In this document: positions 38,874 to 48,991 of the stretch, one piece after another | Layout: each line of letters begins with the position of its first letter | Numbering within the stretch: the stretch's first letter is position 1 | From: Candidatus Wirthbacteria bacterium | GTDB taxonomy: Bacteria > Patescibacteriota > CG2-30-54-11 | Assembly: GCA_903889905.1 (NCBI GenBank) | Contig: CAISZI010000053.1 | Coordinates: 10,599-74,598 of the forward strand | Reading direction: 5' to 3' | DNA: 64,000 nucleotides | Notes under the pieces: model-generated | Database searches by the model: none | Told to the model about the DNA's origin: nothing | What the model saw: the letters and a program-made list of their open reading frames with translations, nothing else | Translations under genes and position numbers: made by a program

Positions 38874-40018
38874 GTCTGGGCAAAAGCCGCGATCGTTTTG
38901 GCATATAAATTGACCAAACCCGAGGTCAGGTCAGCAATGGAAAAATCCTGACTGTAGACAGCGGATGCATCTGACATGGACTGCATTTTGTCCGGATTGT
39001 GGAAAACTTGATTAATACGTTTGGCGAACAGGAAGGCGTCCTCGGGCAGGAGGTATCCGTTTTTGCCGTTTTTGACAAAGGGTTTAAAGACTTTTTCATC
39101 GATCAGAAATAACGGCTTGCCGCTGGCGAGAGCTTCGAGCACTACCAGCCCCTGGGTGTCGGTGCGGCAAGTGTAGGCAAAGGCGTCGATGGCTTTGATA
39201 AAGCGCGGCATTTCTTCGTGGGGTACAAAACCAGTGAAGCTGGTGTCGTCACTGATGTGTAGTTTTTGTGCGTATTTCTTCAGTTCTTCCAGGTGTGGGC
39301 CACCGCCAATCACCGCAAGATGTGTCATCGGATCCAGATCGTGCAGTACCCGGAAAACTTCCAGGACAAATTCGATGTTTTTTTCCTTGGCGGCGCGTGC
39401 GGCAATCCCGAGGATTTTTTTGCCCTGCTGGTGCGCCAACGCAAATTCGGGCACTTCTGGCCAGTCCTGCCGATAAGGCGTCAGGTCAATGCCGGTAGGG
39501 ATGACGGTGATTTTGGGTTTGATGCCCATTTCCTGCAAATAATGTTTGATGAACGGTGTGGGTGCAGTGACGGCATGGAAACGGTTGCAGAAAAATTTGT
39601 CGAAAAAATCCACGGTATTGACCATACCGGGGAAAATTTTGGGGAGGTAGACGCGGGCGTAATCGCCAATCATGGTGTGGTAAGTCATAATGCGGGGGAG
39701 TTTGTGCTGCAGCGAATAGGAGAGTCCCAGCAGTCCAGTCGGGCCCGGGGTGTGAATGTGGATCAGATCAACGTCCAGCTTGGCCATGATGCGCTGCAGT
39801 CGGATGGAGAGGGGAAACCCTACCCGGAAGTCAGGATAAATCGGGAAGGGGACGGAGGTCATGGAATAGTAATCGGGTTCTTCGTGTTTGCCCAGTCGGG
39901 GACTGAAAATGTAAACCGCGTGGCCCTGGCGGCGCAGTTCATCGGCAAATTGCGTTATGGATGAGGTCACACCGCTGATCACGGGTTTGTAGATGTCGGA
40001 GAAAAAAGCGATTTTCAT
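38870..40018 (-). CDS. glycosyltransferase family 4
   Basis: MKIAFFSDIYKPVISGVTSSI N-terminus and a C-terminal EX7E-like region. Confidence 0.75.
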   Translation of the reverse strand: MKIAFFSDIYKPVISGVTSSITQFADELRRQGHAVYIFSPRLGKHEEPDYYSMTSVPFPIYPDFRVGFPLSIRLQRIMAKLDVDLIHIHTPGPTGLLGLSYSLQHKLPRIMTYHTMIGDYARVYLPKIFPGMVNTVDFFDKFFCNRFHAVTAPTPFIKHYLQEMGIKPKITVIPTGIDLTPYRQDWPEVPEFALAHQQGKKILGIAARAAKEKNIEFVLEVFRVLHDLDPMTHLAVIGGGPHLEELKKYAQKLHISDDTSFTGFVPHEEMPRFIKAIDAFAYTCRTDTQGLVVLEALASGKPLFLIDEKVFKPFVKNGKNGYLLPEDAFLFAKRINQVFHNPDKMQSMSDASAVYSQDFSIADLTSGLVNLYAKTIAAFAQT

Positions 40019-41007
40019 GAGGCGATCATATTTTGATAGATAGCCAGTAAATGGTCGTTTACCTGTTCGAAACTGTAGCGCGCCGCCAATTCCTGCGCTT
40101 TCTGTCTATATCTGGCCAGTGCCTGCTTGTCCGTTGCCAGTTTGACGATGGCGTCTTTGAACTGTTCTTCGGTACAAGGCAGATAGGCTGCGCTGAAGAT
40201 ATCTTCGTATTCGGTGATGTCGCGCAAGATCAACGGCAGGCCACAGGCGGCGGCTTCGACCACGGAAAAGGGAAAGTTTTCCTGAAACGACGGGAAACAG
40301 TACAGGTCGGCGAGGTTGTAATACCCATTCATCTCTGCATAAGGAATCAACCCCGTGATTGTCAGGTTTTCAGGTTGTTGTTGGAGCATTGTCTTGATTT
40401 CTGCCAAACCGCAGGTGATCTTGCCAAAGGCAAAATCGCCCACCCAGATGAATTTGAACTGGGGCAGTTCCCGGGCCAGGCGGATGAAAGTCTGCGTGCC
40501 TTTGCGCGTCTGCATCTGGCCACAGGAGATAACGACAAAGTCCTTGTCACTGCATCCCATTTTTTGCCGGTAATGTTGCCGCAGCGCGGGTGATGGCGAA
40601 AAACGTTTGCGGTTGACGGGATTGGGCAGGAAGACAATGGGTTTGTGTACGCCCAGAGCCTCGAGGTCTTTTTTGACTGTCGGTGAGACTGCCAGTACCA
40701 GGTCGGCGTGGTTATAGACCCAGCGGCAATAGAGTGGCATAAAGTGTTGCCAGAAAACAACGGGTTTCATGCAGCCTTTGAGTGAGTCCGGAGTCACGTG
40801 GCCGGTGAGCACGATATGTTTGCGAAAGGCGCTGAAGAGCCAGTAAAGTGGCCCCATGGTGTGCGCGTGGTAAATGTCGGCTTTGGTAAAACGATTAACG
40901 GTATAGGGGATCTGGTTGCTATGCAAAAATTCACAGTGTTCGATAAACGCGGTGTGCGGACCTTGACCGGGACTGACCCCGGATTCGCTGATCACGTTGA
41001 TTTTCAT
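40015..41007 (-). CDS. glycosyltransferase family 4
   Basis: GT4-like C-terminal nucleotide-sugar binding block. 4-nt overlap with the downstream GT. Confidence 0.7.
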   Translation of the reverse strand: MKINVISESGVSPGQGPHTAFIEHCEFLHSNQIPYTVNRFTKADIYHAHTMGPLYWLFSAFRKHIVLTGHVTPDSLKGCMKPVVFWQHFMPLYCRWVYNHADLVLAVSPTVKKDLEALGVHKPIVFLPNPVNRKRFSPSPALRQHYRQKMGCSDKDFVVISCGQMQTRKGTQTFIRLARELPQFKFIWVGDFAFGKITCGLAEIKTMLQQQPENLTITGLIPYAEMNGYYNLADLYCFPSFQENFPFSVVEAAACGLPLILRDITEYEDIFSAAYLPCTEEQFKDAIVKLATDKQALARYRQKAQELAARYSFEQVNDHLLAIYQNMIAS

Positions 41008-41112
41008 ATAGCTAAAAATGGTTATGAAGATAAGCCGTGTTGATTATAACAGGTGGCAACACGTTGCTCCAGTTGGACGGTGGGGCGACAAACTCGAGCT
41101 TGATGGCGTTTG

Positions 41113-42306
41113 TCAGGCGGCTGGTTGTGTGATCGTTGGAGTTTTGTGGCTGATCATTTCCTGGTACAACCCGAGGAAACGGCTGACGGTCTGGTCAAAG
41201 GAATGGGTCTGTGCCAACGTCCGGCTTTGTAAACCAAAGGCTTTTTGTCTGTGTTTGTCGCTCAGGATCTGGAGAATTCTGGCGGCCGTGTCGGCGCTGT
41301 CCTGATAGCGGCAAAGGTAACCGTTTTGGTCGTCATGGACAAGTTCCTTGAGCGCGCCAAGTTCGCAGGCGACGATCGGCAGGCCCGAGGCAATGGCTTC
41401 GAGCGTGACAATACTTTGCAGTTCAACCGGTGAGGTGATGCAGAAAACGTCGGCGCAGTTGTAAAGCTGCGGGAATTCATCCTCGTTCAGAAAACCAGTA
41501 AACGTGAGATGGTCGGCAATGCCAAGTTCCTGGCTAAGTTTTTTGAGTGGCGCCACCTGCGTCCCGTTACCGCCAATGACAAAATGGCAATCTTGGTGGG
41601 CCAGCACGAGCGGGATCATTTTCAGCCATACGTCCAGGCGCTTTTCGCCATCCACCCGGCCGGTATACAGGACAACGGGTTTGTTCTGGGGAATGCCATA
41701 TTTTTGCATCAAGGGAATTGGTTTTGGCCGGGGCACAAAGCGTTCCGTGTCAATGCCATTACTGACATGGTCATGTGGCGCTTTGAGGCCGTTTTTGGTC
41801 AGCATATTGGCCCCGGTCGGGGTCGGCGAGGTGACAAAGTTGCACTGGTTATAAAATTTCATAAAAACTTTCCACACCAGTGGACTCAACTTGATCTGCG
41901 GGCCGTTGACAATCGGCCACCAGAGCAGGAAATTCTCGGGAATAAAATGATTGGTGCTGATCACTGGAACGTTGTGGCGTTTGGCCCAGCGCAGGGCAAT
42001 CAGGTTGATGGGGCTGGGCGCCTGACTGTGAATAATATCGGGTGGATTCTGATTCAGGGCGCGGGTTAACTCGCCTTGGGGCCAGAGGCAAAGGTGGTAA
42101 AACTTTTGAAACGGGAACTGGAAAGACCTTAGCCTGACAACGGAGGTGCCGTGATCCGTTTCGACGTAGGAGGTGGATTTGGGACTGGGAGAATAAATCG
42201 TGACGTCGTGGCTAAGGCGGGCATACTGGTGGGCCAGATGGCGTTCAAAGACAGCGCCACCGTCGATATTGGGCCAGTAACTTTCGGTCACGATCGCAAT
42301 GTTCAT
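41113..42306 (-). CDS. glycosyltransferase family 4
   Basis: MNIAIVTESYWPNIDGGAVFERHL. Confidence 0.75.
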   Translation of the reverse strand: MNIAIVTESYWPNIDGGAVFERHLAHQYARLSHDVTIYSPSPKSTSYVETDHGTSVVRLRSFQFPFQKFYHLCLWPQGELTRALNQNPPDIIHSQAPSPINLIALRWAKRHNVPVISTNHFIPENFLLWWPIVNGPQIKLSPLVWKVFMKFYNQCNFVTSPTPTGANMLTKNGLKAPHDHVSNGIDTERFVPRPKPIPLMQKYGIPQNKPVVLYTGRVDGEKRLDVWLKMIPLVLAHQDCHFVIGGNGTQVAPLKKLSQELGIADHLTFTGFLNEDEFPQLYNCADVFCITSPVELQSIVTLEAIASGLPIVACELGALKELVHDDQNGYLCRYQDSADTAARILQILSDKHRQKAFGLQSRTLAQTHSFDQTVSRFLGLYQEMISHKTPTITQPAA

Positions 42307-42341
42307 GTTTCATGTTTGAGGTAATGGTTAAAACGTGGCGA

Positions 42342-43178
42342 TTATAGCATTGGCTTGGTTGCGGTCACAATAAACTGGTGAATCCTGGCAGGGATGGTGT
42401 CGGGTTTACGGATGTTGACGATGTGGTCGCCGCTCGGAAACAGCTCATAGCGCGATCCGGCAATCGTTTGGTGCAACTTCTGGACAAAGCGCGGCGGAAC
42501 AAAATCGTCCTTGCCCCCTGCCAACAGGTAAGTCGGAATGCGGATGTGTGCGGCAGTCTGTAGCGCGTCAATGCGTGCGGTTGCCAACAAACCGTTTTGG
42601 TAAAGTGAAAGTGGATTGCTGAGCAGGTCGTTGCATAGAAAGACAGGGTAAGGCTTGTCTTTAAGCCGCCAGTACTCCGGGTAGCGGAAGGATTGTCGCA
42701 GCTGTGGCAACGGAACAAGTTTGGCCAGCGGCAAAATGGCATACAACAAATGACGCAGGAGATTGGGTTGCACGCGGTGGTCCTGGTAAAACGGGCAGAT
42801 CAGGGTGAGGGTGCTGAGCTTGTCGCGCAGCGGTGTGTCTGTTGCCTGCAACGAAACCAGTCCGCCAAAGCAGTGACCGACCAGGTGAAACTTCGTGATT
42901 TTTTCGATATTGGCCCATTCAACCAAATCCTGTGCCATGCGGGCAAGGGTAAATGAGTTGTGATTGATGTTTTTTTGAGACTTGCCATGGCCACGCAAAT
43001 CAAAGGCGAACGTTTGATAGCCATGAGCTGCAAAAAATTGTTCGTACTCCTCCCACGCCGTGCGGTTGCCGGTCAGTCCGTGCAGGAAGACGATTTTGTT
43101 GGGACTGGGCGCAGTGCTTTGCCGGTAGTAGAGGCGGACACGGTCGGAAGTCAGAAATTCATTGTCTTGGAAAGGCAT
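42342..43178 (-). CDS. alpha/beta hydrolase with a Cys at the nucleophile elbow
   Basis: HGLTGN oxyanion region and LVGHCFGG, which is G-x-C-x-G rather than G-x-S-x-G. Confidence 0.65.
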   Translation of the reverse strand: MPFQDNEFLTSDRVRLYYRQSTAPSPNKIVFLHGLTGNRTAWEEYEQFFAAHGYQTFAFDLRGHGKSQKNINHNSFTLARMAQDLVEWANIEKITKFHLVGHCFGGLVSLQATDTPLRDKLSTLTLICPFYQDHRVQPNLLRHLLYAILPLAKLVPLPQLRQSFRYPEYWRLKDKPYPVFLCNDLLSNPLSLYQNGLLATARIDALQTAAHIRIPTYLLAGGKDDFVPPRFVQKLHQTIAGSRYELFPSGDHIVNIRKPDTIPARIHQFIVTATKPML

Positions 43179-43211
43179 GGGGGAACGGTCGGTAGAAACA
43201 AGTGGGATGAG

Positions 43212-43790
43212 TCAGGGATTGCTTTCCCTGACCATAAGAATGCTGTCAACGTATTTGCCGCGAAAATAGATGCCTTGGGGAATTGTGCCGACTTTGCGAA
43301 AACCGAGCTTGCGGTATAGTTTTTGGGCGACGACGTTGGGTTGGTAGACCTGCAGCTGAATGAGCCGCAGGCCGCTCATGGTTTTTTGGGCCGTGTTCAA
43401 AGTTGTTCGCGCCAGCTGTTCACCAATGCCTTTGCCACGGTAAGTTTTCGCAATCGTAAGGCCAAAAGTACCGACATGCAGTTCGCGTTTTTTGTTGCGC
43501 AGGTGACGCCGCACTTCGCAAAGGCCAATGATGTGTTGGTCGTATTCCGCAGCGAGAAAAACCAGGTTCTCTTGTTCGCTCATGGCAAAGACGTTGGTCA
43601 AAAACTCCATTTCCTGCTCCAGTGTGTGCTGTTCACCCGAAAAGGTGATGAACGTGTTTTCGCTGGACAGTTTGTTGATGTAATTCTGCAGTTCTTCCAG
43701 ATCGTTCCATTGCAGGTAGCGCAGCAGGATGTCTTCGCCGTCCTGGGTCTGGTATTTGCCCACGTTCTGGCCGGGAGTGAAATGGGACAT
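43212..43790 (-). CDS. GNAT family N-acetyltransferase
   Basis: Acetyl-CoA binding R/Q-x-x-G-x-G/A (RGKGIGEQL). Start set at internal MSHFTPG. Confidence 0.7.
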   Translation of the reverse strand: MSHFTPGQNVGKYQTQDGEDILLRYLQWNDLEELQNYINKLSSENTFITFSGEQHTLEQEMEFLTNVFAMSEQENLVFLAAEYDQHIIGLCEVRRHLRNKKRELHVGTFGLTIAKTYRGKGIGEQLARTTLNTAQKTMSGLRLIQLQVYQPNVVAQKLYRKLGFRKVGTIPQGIYFRGKYVDSILMVRESNP

Positions 43791-43900
43791 GAAGTTCCTC
43801 GGGTAGATAGGCGCATTATAAAGCAATTTGTCCAAGCGGCCAACCCAAAAGTCCCGGGACATGGCCGGGACTTTGCTGGCATTGCGTCAGGCAAAACCGT

Positions 43901-44617
43901 TTATTTGGTTGTGGCAGCAGGCGCGGCGATGGACACGAGTTCAACTTCAAAGATCAAGGCCTCGTTGGGGCCAATTGAGCCGGAAGTGGTGCCCGTGGAA
44001 CCGTAAGCAATGGCAGAGGGTATATAGAACGTATATTTAGCGCCGACTTTCATCAACTGCAAGCCTTCGGTCAGGCCTTTGATTACGCCATCCACCTGGA
44101 AGGTTGCGGGCTGGCCATTGGTGGCAGAGCTGTCAAAAATCGTGCCATCGATGAGCGTGCCCGTGTAATTGATGGTAACGGTGTCGGTGGCGTTGGGGGT
44201 TGCGCCGGTGCCGGGTGTGGTGACTTTGTATTGCAAACCCGAGGTCGTGGTGGTGATGCCGGCAATTTTTTTATTGTTGTCCAAAAAAGCCTGGCTGGAA
44301 GCGGTGTTCGCAGCCGCGATTTTTGGTGCCTGGGCCGAGAAGAAGGTGTTGAGAAAAGCATTGGCGTCAGTCTGGCTGACTTGCAGAGTTTTGCTATTGA
44401 AGACATCGTCCAGTGCCTGGGCCACGGCAGCGCTGTCGATTTTGTCGGCTCCCTGGGATTTGATGCTTTTACCGACGCTGACCCCGAGGCTGTAGCTGAG
44501 TTTCTCGGTCTGGTTGGTGAGGTCAATTTTTTTGGCGGCGGCTTTGGTAAAAGGTAACTGGCAGCCGGAAAGAGCCAGCATGCTGACCATCGCCATGGCC
44601 ATGGTTGCTTTTAATTT
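43901..44617 (-). CDS. FKBP-type peptidyl-prolyl isomerase lipoprotein (FkpA-like)
   Basis: Signal plus lipobox LALSGC, an N-terminal helical domain, and a C-terminal FKBP domain. Confidence 0.8.
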   Translation of the reverse strand, partial: KLKATMAMAMVSMLALSGCQLPFTKAAAKKIDLTNQTEKLSYSLGVSVGKSIKSQGADKIDSAAVAQALDDVFNSKTLQVSQTDANAFLNTFFSAQAPKIAAANTASSQAFLDNNKKIAGITTTTSGLQYKVTTPGTGATPNATDTVTINYTGTLIDGTIFDSSATNGQPATFQVDGVIKGLTEGLQLMKVGAKYTFYIPSAIAYGSTGTTSGSIGPNEALIFEVELVSIAAPAATTK

Positions 44618-44667
44618 CATTGCGCATACCCTGATTTTATAAATTATACCCAGTGATCCTACCGCAA

Positions 44668-44702
44668 ATCGCCACATTTTGAAATAAACAAAATGCGGCG
44701 AT
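44668..44702. other. 14-bp-stem hairpin (1 mismatch) without a U-tract
   Basis: atcgccacattttg-aaataaa-caaaatgcggcgat. Confidence 0.45.
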
Positions 44703-44727
44703 CTTGAGTAACTGGCTAAGTTGGGCG

Positions 44728-45150
44728 TTATCTGACGTACTGGCTGGCATCGATTTTGATCGTTTCGGCAAAAAAGCGGTCATCCGCGAGATTGGGTGTG
44801 ATTTGCAGATAGATCGGGTCTGGGGCGCTGATGACATTTTGGGGAATCAACATGATGGTTGAAAGTTTTTGGGTGGAGCCGGTGGTCAGGGGGATCTTGC
44901 CCTCAATATAAGCGCCAACTTGCTGTGCTGCGGCGGCCTGAGTGTCCCAAAGTCCGTTCCACATCGATGAGCTGCCATGGTTATAACTGGAATAGATCGA
45001 GAACCCAAGGTCACCGAGGTTGGCTGTTTTTTTGGCCGTAAACGTCATGTCGGCGATGATGAATTTTTGATACGGCAGAAAAGCGTTGGGGTTGATGTCG
45101 GTCAATGTGGCGCCTTTAAAACTTTTGTCACCCACAACAATCGAGTCCAC
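44728..45150 (-). CDS. hypothetical protein, GTG start; the frame stays open upstream as far as the RR stop
   Basis: The listed M is a GTG. The upstream in-frame 135 nt has no ATG/GTG/TTG. Confidence 0.4.
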   Translation of the reverse strand: MDSIVVGDKSFKGATLTDINPNAFLPYQKFIIADMTFTAKKTANLGDLGFSIYSSYNHGSSSMWNGLWDTQAAAAQQVGAYIEGKIPLTTGSTQKLSTIMLIPQNVISAPDPIYLQITPNLADDRFFAETIKIDASQYVR

Positions 45151-45277
45151 TGCAATAACAAAGGAATCGTTGAGATTGGAGGTAAAATTGAGGTTGGTGC
45201 GGGTGCCGGTGTAGTTGTCAGAACTGGTGTTCGAGGCCGCCGGTGTTTTGGATCTGCGTCGCTTGCTTGCGGATAGG

Positions 45278-45700
45278 TTATTTTAATTCATCGAGCAAGG
45301 CTGACATATTTAAGCCAGAAGGCGGGCTGTCGGGTAAGGCGAGGATCTGTGTAATCTTGACCGGAATGTCATCGAGGTTGAGGCCGGCTTTGAGAATGTA
45401 CTCCACCACGCCGCCTTCTTTGGCTACTTCTTTCATGAAGCCGAAGTCGTAATTGGTCAGCACCAGGATTGGCACTGCCTTGAGCTGATCGCTGGCACGC
45501 ATGCGGCCAATCACTTCCATGCCATCCATAAGTGGCATCATCATGTCCAAAATCAGTAAGTCGGGTTTCTCGATCTTCATCTTATCCAGGGCTTCCTGGC
45601 CATTGGTGGCTTCCACGACGGCAAATCCAGACATTTCGAGACGGGCCCGAAGTGCCATGCGCAAATCAGCTTCGTCTTCGGTGATAAGAATTCTGGCCAC
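45278..45700 (-). CDS. single-domain response regulator (CheY-like receiver)
   Basis: DLLILDMMMP phospho-acceptor Asp context and a conserved Lys. Confidence 0.85.
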   Translation of the reverse strand: MARILITEDEADLRMALRARLEMSGFAVVEATNGQEALDKMKIEKPDLLILDMMMPLMDGMEVIGRMRASDQLKAVPILVLTNYDFGFMKEVAKEGGVVEYILKAGLNLDDIPVKITQILALPDSPPSGLNMSALLDELK

Positions 45701-45711
45701 AAGTCGCTCCT

Positions 45712-48700
45712 TTATTTAAATTCCAACCTGGCTACGGGCAATTCGAAATAAAACGTGGAACCTTTGCCGACAATGGCATGAAACCAGATTTTGCCACCCA
45801 TGCGTTCGATGATCATTTTGGCGATGGCAAGTCCGAGTCCGGTTCCCAAGGTAGTCTGGGCAATGGCATTGTCAGCACGAAAGAATTTGGAAAAAATCTG
45901 TTTCTGTTGGGTTTTGGGAATTCCGATCCCATCGTCACGGCATTTGAACTGAATTCTATCACCCACGAGCGAAAGGTCAACTTCGACCATGCCTCTCTCC
46001 AGCGAATATTTCACGGCATTGGCAATCAGGTTCTGGATGACGGCTTGCAGGTGGGTGCGATCGGCCAGGATATGCGGCAGTGGACCAGGTGGGGCTTTGC
46101 ATTCCACTTTGATGCCACGTTCATAGGCCATGGCGCGAATATTGTTGATGACGACAGTGGTCTGCTCCAGCAGGTTGATGGGTTCCAGTTTGAGGTCGAT
46201 TTTGCCGTTTTCCAGACGGGAGAGATTGAGCAGGTCATTGACGATGTCGATGAGACGGAGCGTTGAGGCATGCAGTCGGTCGACATAACGGGCCTGGGTG
46301 GGATTGAGGGGGCCGATTTCGGGTTTGGGCAGCAGTTCCAGAATCCAGCGCAGCGCCGTGAGGGGTGTCCTGAGCTGGTGTGAAGCGGTGGCGACAAATT
46401 CATTTTTCATGTGATCGATTTCCCGTTGTTTGGTTGCGTCACGGAAGACGACGACGCAGCCGATCACCGCTCCGTTCAGATCCTTGAGTGGGGCAGCACT
46501 ATCGGCGACAGGTAGTTTGGAACCGTCCTGACGGATGAGCAGGGTCTGTTCACCCATTTCTGCAACCTGGCCCCGGGTAAAGACTGTATCCATAAATTCC
46601 GAAACATCCTTGCCGGTTTTTTCATCCACGAACTGGAGGACATGATTGTAGGGGTGACCGAGCAGGTCTTTTCTGGTAAACCCGGAGAGTTCCAGGGTCA
46701 CTGGGTTGGCCAGGATGATATTCCTGTCCGCATCCAGCACAAACACGCCATCGCCAATGCTGTCGAGGATGGTGGTAATCTTGGCGGTTTCGTCCTTGGC
46801 GGTTTTCAGTGCTTCCTGCAAATTAAGCTGGGACTGGTTGAGTTCCTCGGTGCGTTGTTCCACCTTGGCTTCGACATTGGCTTTGGCGCGGATCAGTTCG
46901 TCCTGGAGATTTTTTTGGGCGGTGATGTCGGTGGAGATGCCGAGCAGGTATTCGGGGTTGCCATCCACGCCCAGCAGGGGGATTTTTTTGGTATTGAGAA
47001 AGCGGGTTCCGTTGGGTGTCTCGATGGGTTCTTCGGGAATGTTTACCAATTGTTTGTGCTGCAGGACTTCCCTGTCTTTTTGGGTAAAAAAGTCAGCCTG
47101 GTCACGCGGGAAAAAGTCATAATCGTTTTTGCCCAGCACTGCACTCTTGCTTTTGCCAAAAATGGCTTCCCCAGCTTTGTTGAGCAGCTTGAATTGCAGG
47201 TTTTTGGTGTCTTTCATGAAAATCATGGCGGGGATGTTTTCGATAATGCTGTTGAGCAGCTGTTCATTGTCCCGCAGTTCTTTTTCGGTTTGTTTGCGGT
47301 CGGTGATGCTTTCGATGGCGACGATGAGGTGTTTGCGGCCATTGATCAGCACGGGTTCGGCGCTGACACTCAGCCACGGCTGTTGAATGATTCCCTGGAT
47401 GTCCAGGGTCGGTTGAATTTCGGCGCGATGGACCGGAACGTTGTCACGGACTACCTGCATGAGTGTCTGGCGCAGCGGACAGCTGCCACAGGAGGTGGAG
47501 AAACCGCAGCCTTTGACGTTCTCGAGGCTGTGGATGCAGCCCAAGCCATTGCCGGCGCGGTGATGGATGACGTTGTCACGGTCGCGAGAGAGCATATCAT
47601 CGAGGACCTGGTTGGATTCGACGATCATCAGGTTTTCATCCATGAGCAGCAGGCCAACTGGGGAGGAAGCAAACAGCGCGTTGAGATTGTCCTTTTCGTG
47701 ACGCAATTCCAGCTCGGCGCGTTTGTGTTCGGTGATGTCCTCAAAAATGGTGGCAAAGTAGTCTGGAGCGGGAGAAAAAACGGAAATCTTGAAACATTTG
47801 TGCATGGGCGAGAATTCCGTCTCGAAGTGTGTCGGTATGCCGGTTTTGACCACGTTGGCATAAATATCCAGATAGGGTGCGGGTGTTGTCTGGTAAAGTT
47901 GACTGGCGTGTTTGCCAAGAGCTTCGCTGATTTTGATGCCCGTGATCGTCGCAAAGGCGGCATTGGCATCCATGATTTCATAATCCGTGGCCTCATCCTG
48001 CGGGTCGTAAAGCAGTTTGTGCAGGACCACGCCTTCGTTCATGGTGGCATAGAGATTGCGGTATTTTTCTTCGTTGATGGAAGCCAGGGTTTGCGCTTGC
48101 TGGCGTTGGTCAAGTTCTCTGGCCAGGGTCAGATTCAGATCAACAATGCGGTGATTGGTCTGACGCCAACGCCAGGAGATGAGATTGACAAAAATGACGA
48201 TAAACAGGAATAGACAGACAATGATCGTGCCAAAAATACAGTATCCGGCCACCGTGGCGGACCAGGTACTGGCGGTCATGTCGACGCCCAGGACGGTGAG
48301 GAGCTGGCCATTGCTATCCTTGATCGGGATAAAGGCACTAACCCAGGTTCCCCATTGGTCCGTGTAGGTCTTAGATGCTTTTTCCTGTCCGCTTAAAAAG
48401 GTTTGCAAAAGTGCAGTTGGCGCCTGCTGATACTCCGAAAATGGAGCAACGTGGTCTGGTGAGCTGATGGGTTCGGCGTCCACGGTGAAGAGAACCTTGC
48501 CGTTTTGCTGGACCATGAGATAGGACCAGCGGATTTTGGCATCGGCCTTGGCTGTTTTGGACAGCATGTCAGAGAGTCGCTGGTAGCTGGCCGAAAGTTG
48601 CTTGTCATGCCCGAGGTCGGCAGAGAGGTCGGCGTGATCCAGAGTGGCGGCAATAATGCGGGCTTCGTCGAGGAATTCTTTGCGAACCGTGGAAGTGCCG

Positions 48701-48852
48701 TAGATTGCCAGGAGTGAGATGAAGAATGTTCCCAGAATTAGAACACCAGCCACTTGGGCGATAAACAGATAGAGATAACGGTGGGTACTGAGGCAGACCC
48801 GCAGTCTGTTTATGGTGTTTTGCGTAGTGGGTTGGGGGTGTGATTTGGCCAT
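45712..48852 (-). CDS. multi-PAS sensor histidine kinase (1046 aa)
   Basis: Two TM helices around a periplasmic domain, several PAS/PAC-like segments, HisKA H-box (ASHQLRTPL), and HATPase_c (DDGIGIP...GTGLGL). Confidence 0.85.
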   Translation of the reverse strand: MAKSHPQPTTQNTINRLRVCLSTHRYLYLFIAQVAGVLILGTFFISLLAIYGTSTVRKEFLDEARIIAATLDHADLSADLGHDKQLSASYQRLSDMLSKTAKADAKIRWSYLMVQQNGKVLFTVDAEPISSPDHVAPFSEYQQAPTALLQTFLSGQEKASKTYTDQWGTWVSAFIPIKDSNGQLLTVLGVDMTASTWSATVAGYCIFGTIIVCLFLFIVIFVNLISWRWRQTNHRIVDLNLTLARELDQRQQAQTLASINEEKYRNLYATMNEGVVLHKLLYDPQDEATDYEIMDANAAFATITGIKISEALGKHASQLYQTTPAPYLDIYANVVKTGIPTHFETEFSPMHKCFKISVFSPAPDYFATIFEDITEHKRAELELRHEKDNLNALFASSPVGLLLMDENLMIVESNQVLDDMLSRDRDNVIHHRAGNGLGCIHSLENVKGCGFSTSCGSCPLRQTLMQVVRDNVPVHRAEIQPTLDIQGIIQQPWLSVSAEPVLINGRKHLIVAIESITDRKQTEKELRDNEQLLNSIIENIPAMIFMKDTKNLQFKLLNKAGEAIFGKSKSAVLGKNDYDFFPRDQADFFTQKDREVLQHKQLVNIPEEPIETPNGTRFLNTKKIPLLGVDGNPEYLLGISTDITAQKNLQDELIRAKANVEAKVEQRTEELNQSQLNLQEALKTAKDETAKITTILDSIGDGVFVLDADRNIILANPVTLELSGFTRKDLLGHPYNHVLQFVDEKTGKDVSEFMDTVFTRGQVAEMGEQTLLIRQDGSKLPVADSAAPLKDLNGAVIGCVVVFRDATKQREIDHMKNEFVATASHQLRTPLTALRWILELLPKPEIGPLNPTQARYVDRLHASTLRLIDIVNDLLNLSRLENGKIDLKLEPINLLEQTTVVINNIRAMAYERGIKVECKAPPGPLPHILADRTHLQAVIQNLIANAVKYSLERGMVEVDLSLVGDRIQFKCRDDGIGIPKTQQKQIFSKFFRADNAIAQTTLGTGLGLAIAKMIIERMGGKIWFHAIVGKGSTFYFELPVARLEFK

Positions 48853-48991
48853 CAGTCAATTATAGCATGGAACTGGCAGAACGATGAACCAAATAGTACC
48901 TCTTCCTTAGGGGAGATAATTTGCTGGCGCCCCTTATGCCCCGGCGATCAATGTGGCATCTCAGAGTTTAAATAGCGGTCTTGATGACATA

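Noticed and set aside
41018-41305. 95-aa + strand ORF at the GT4 boundary
   Set aside because: Antisense to GT4 coding sequence.
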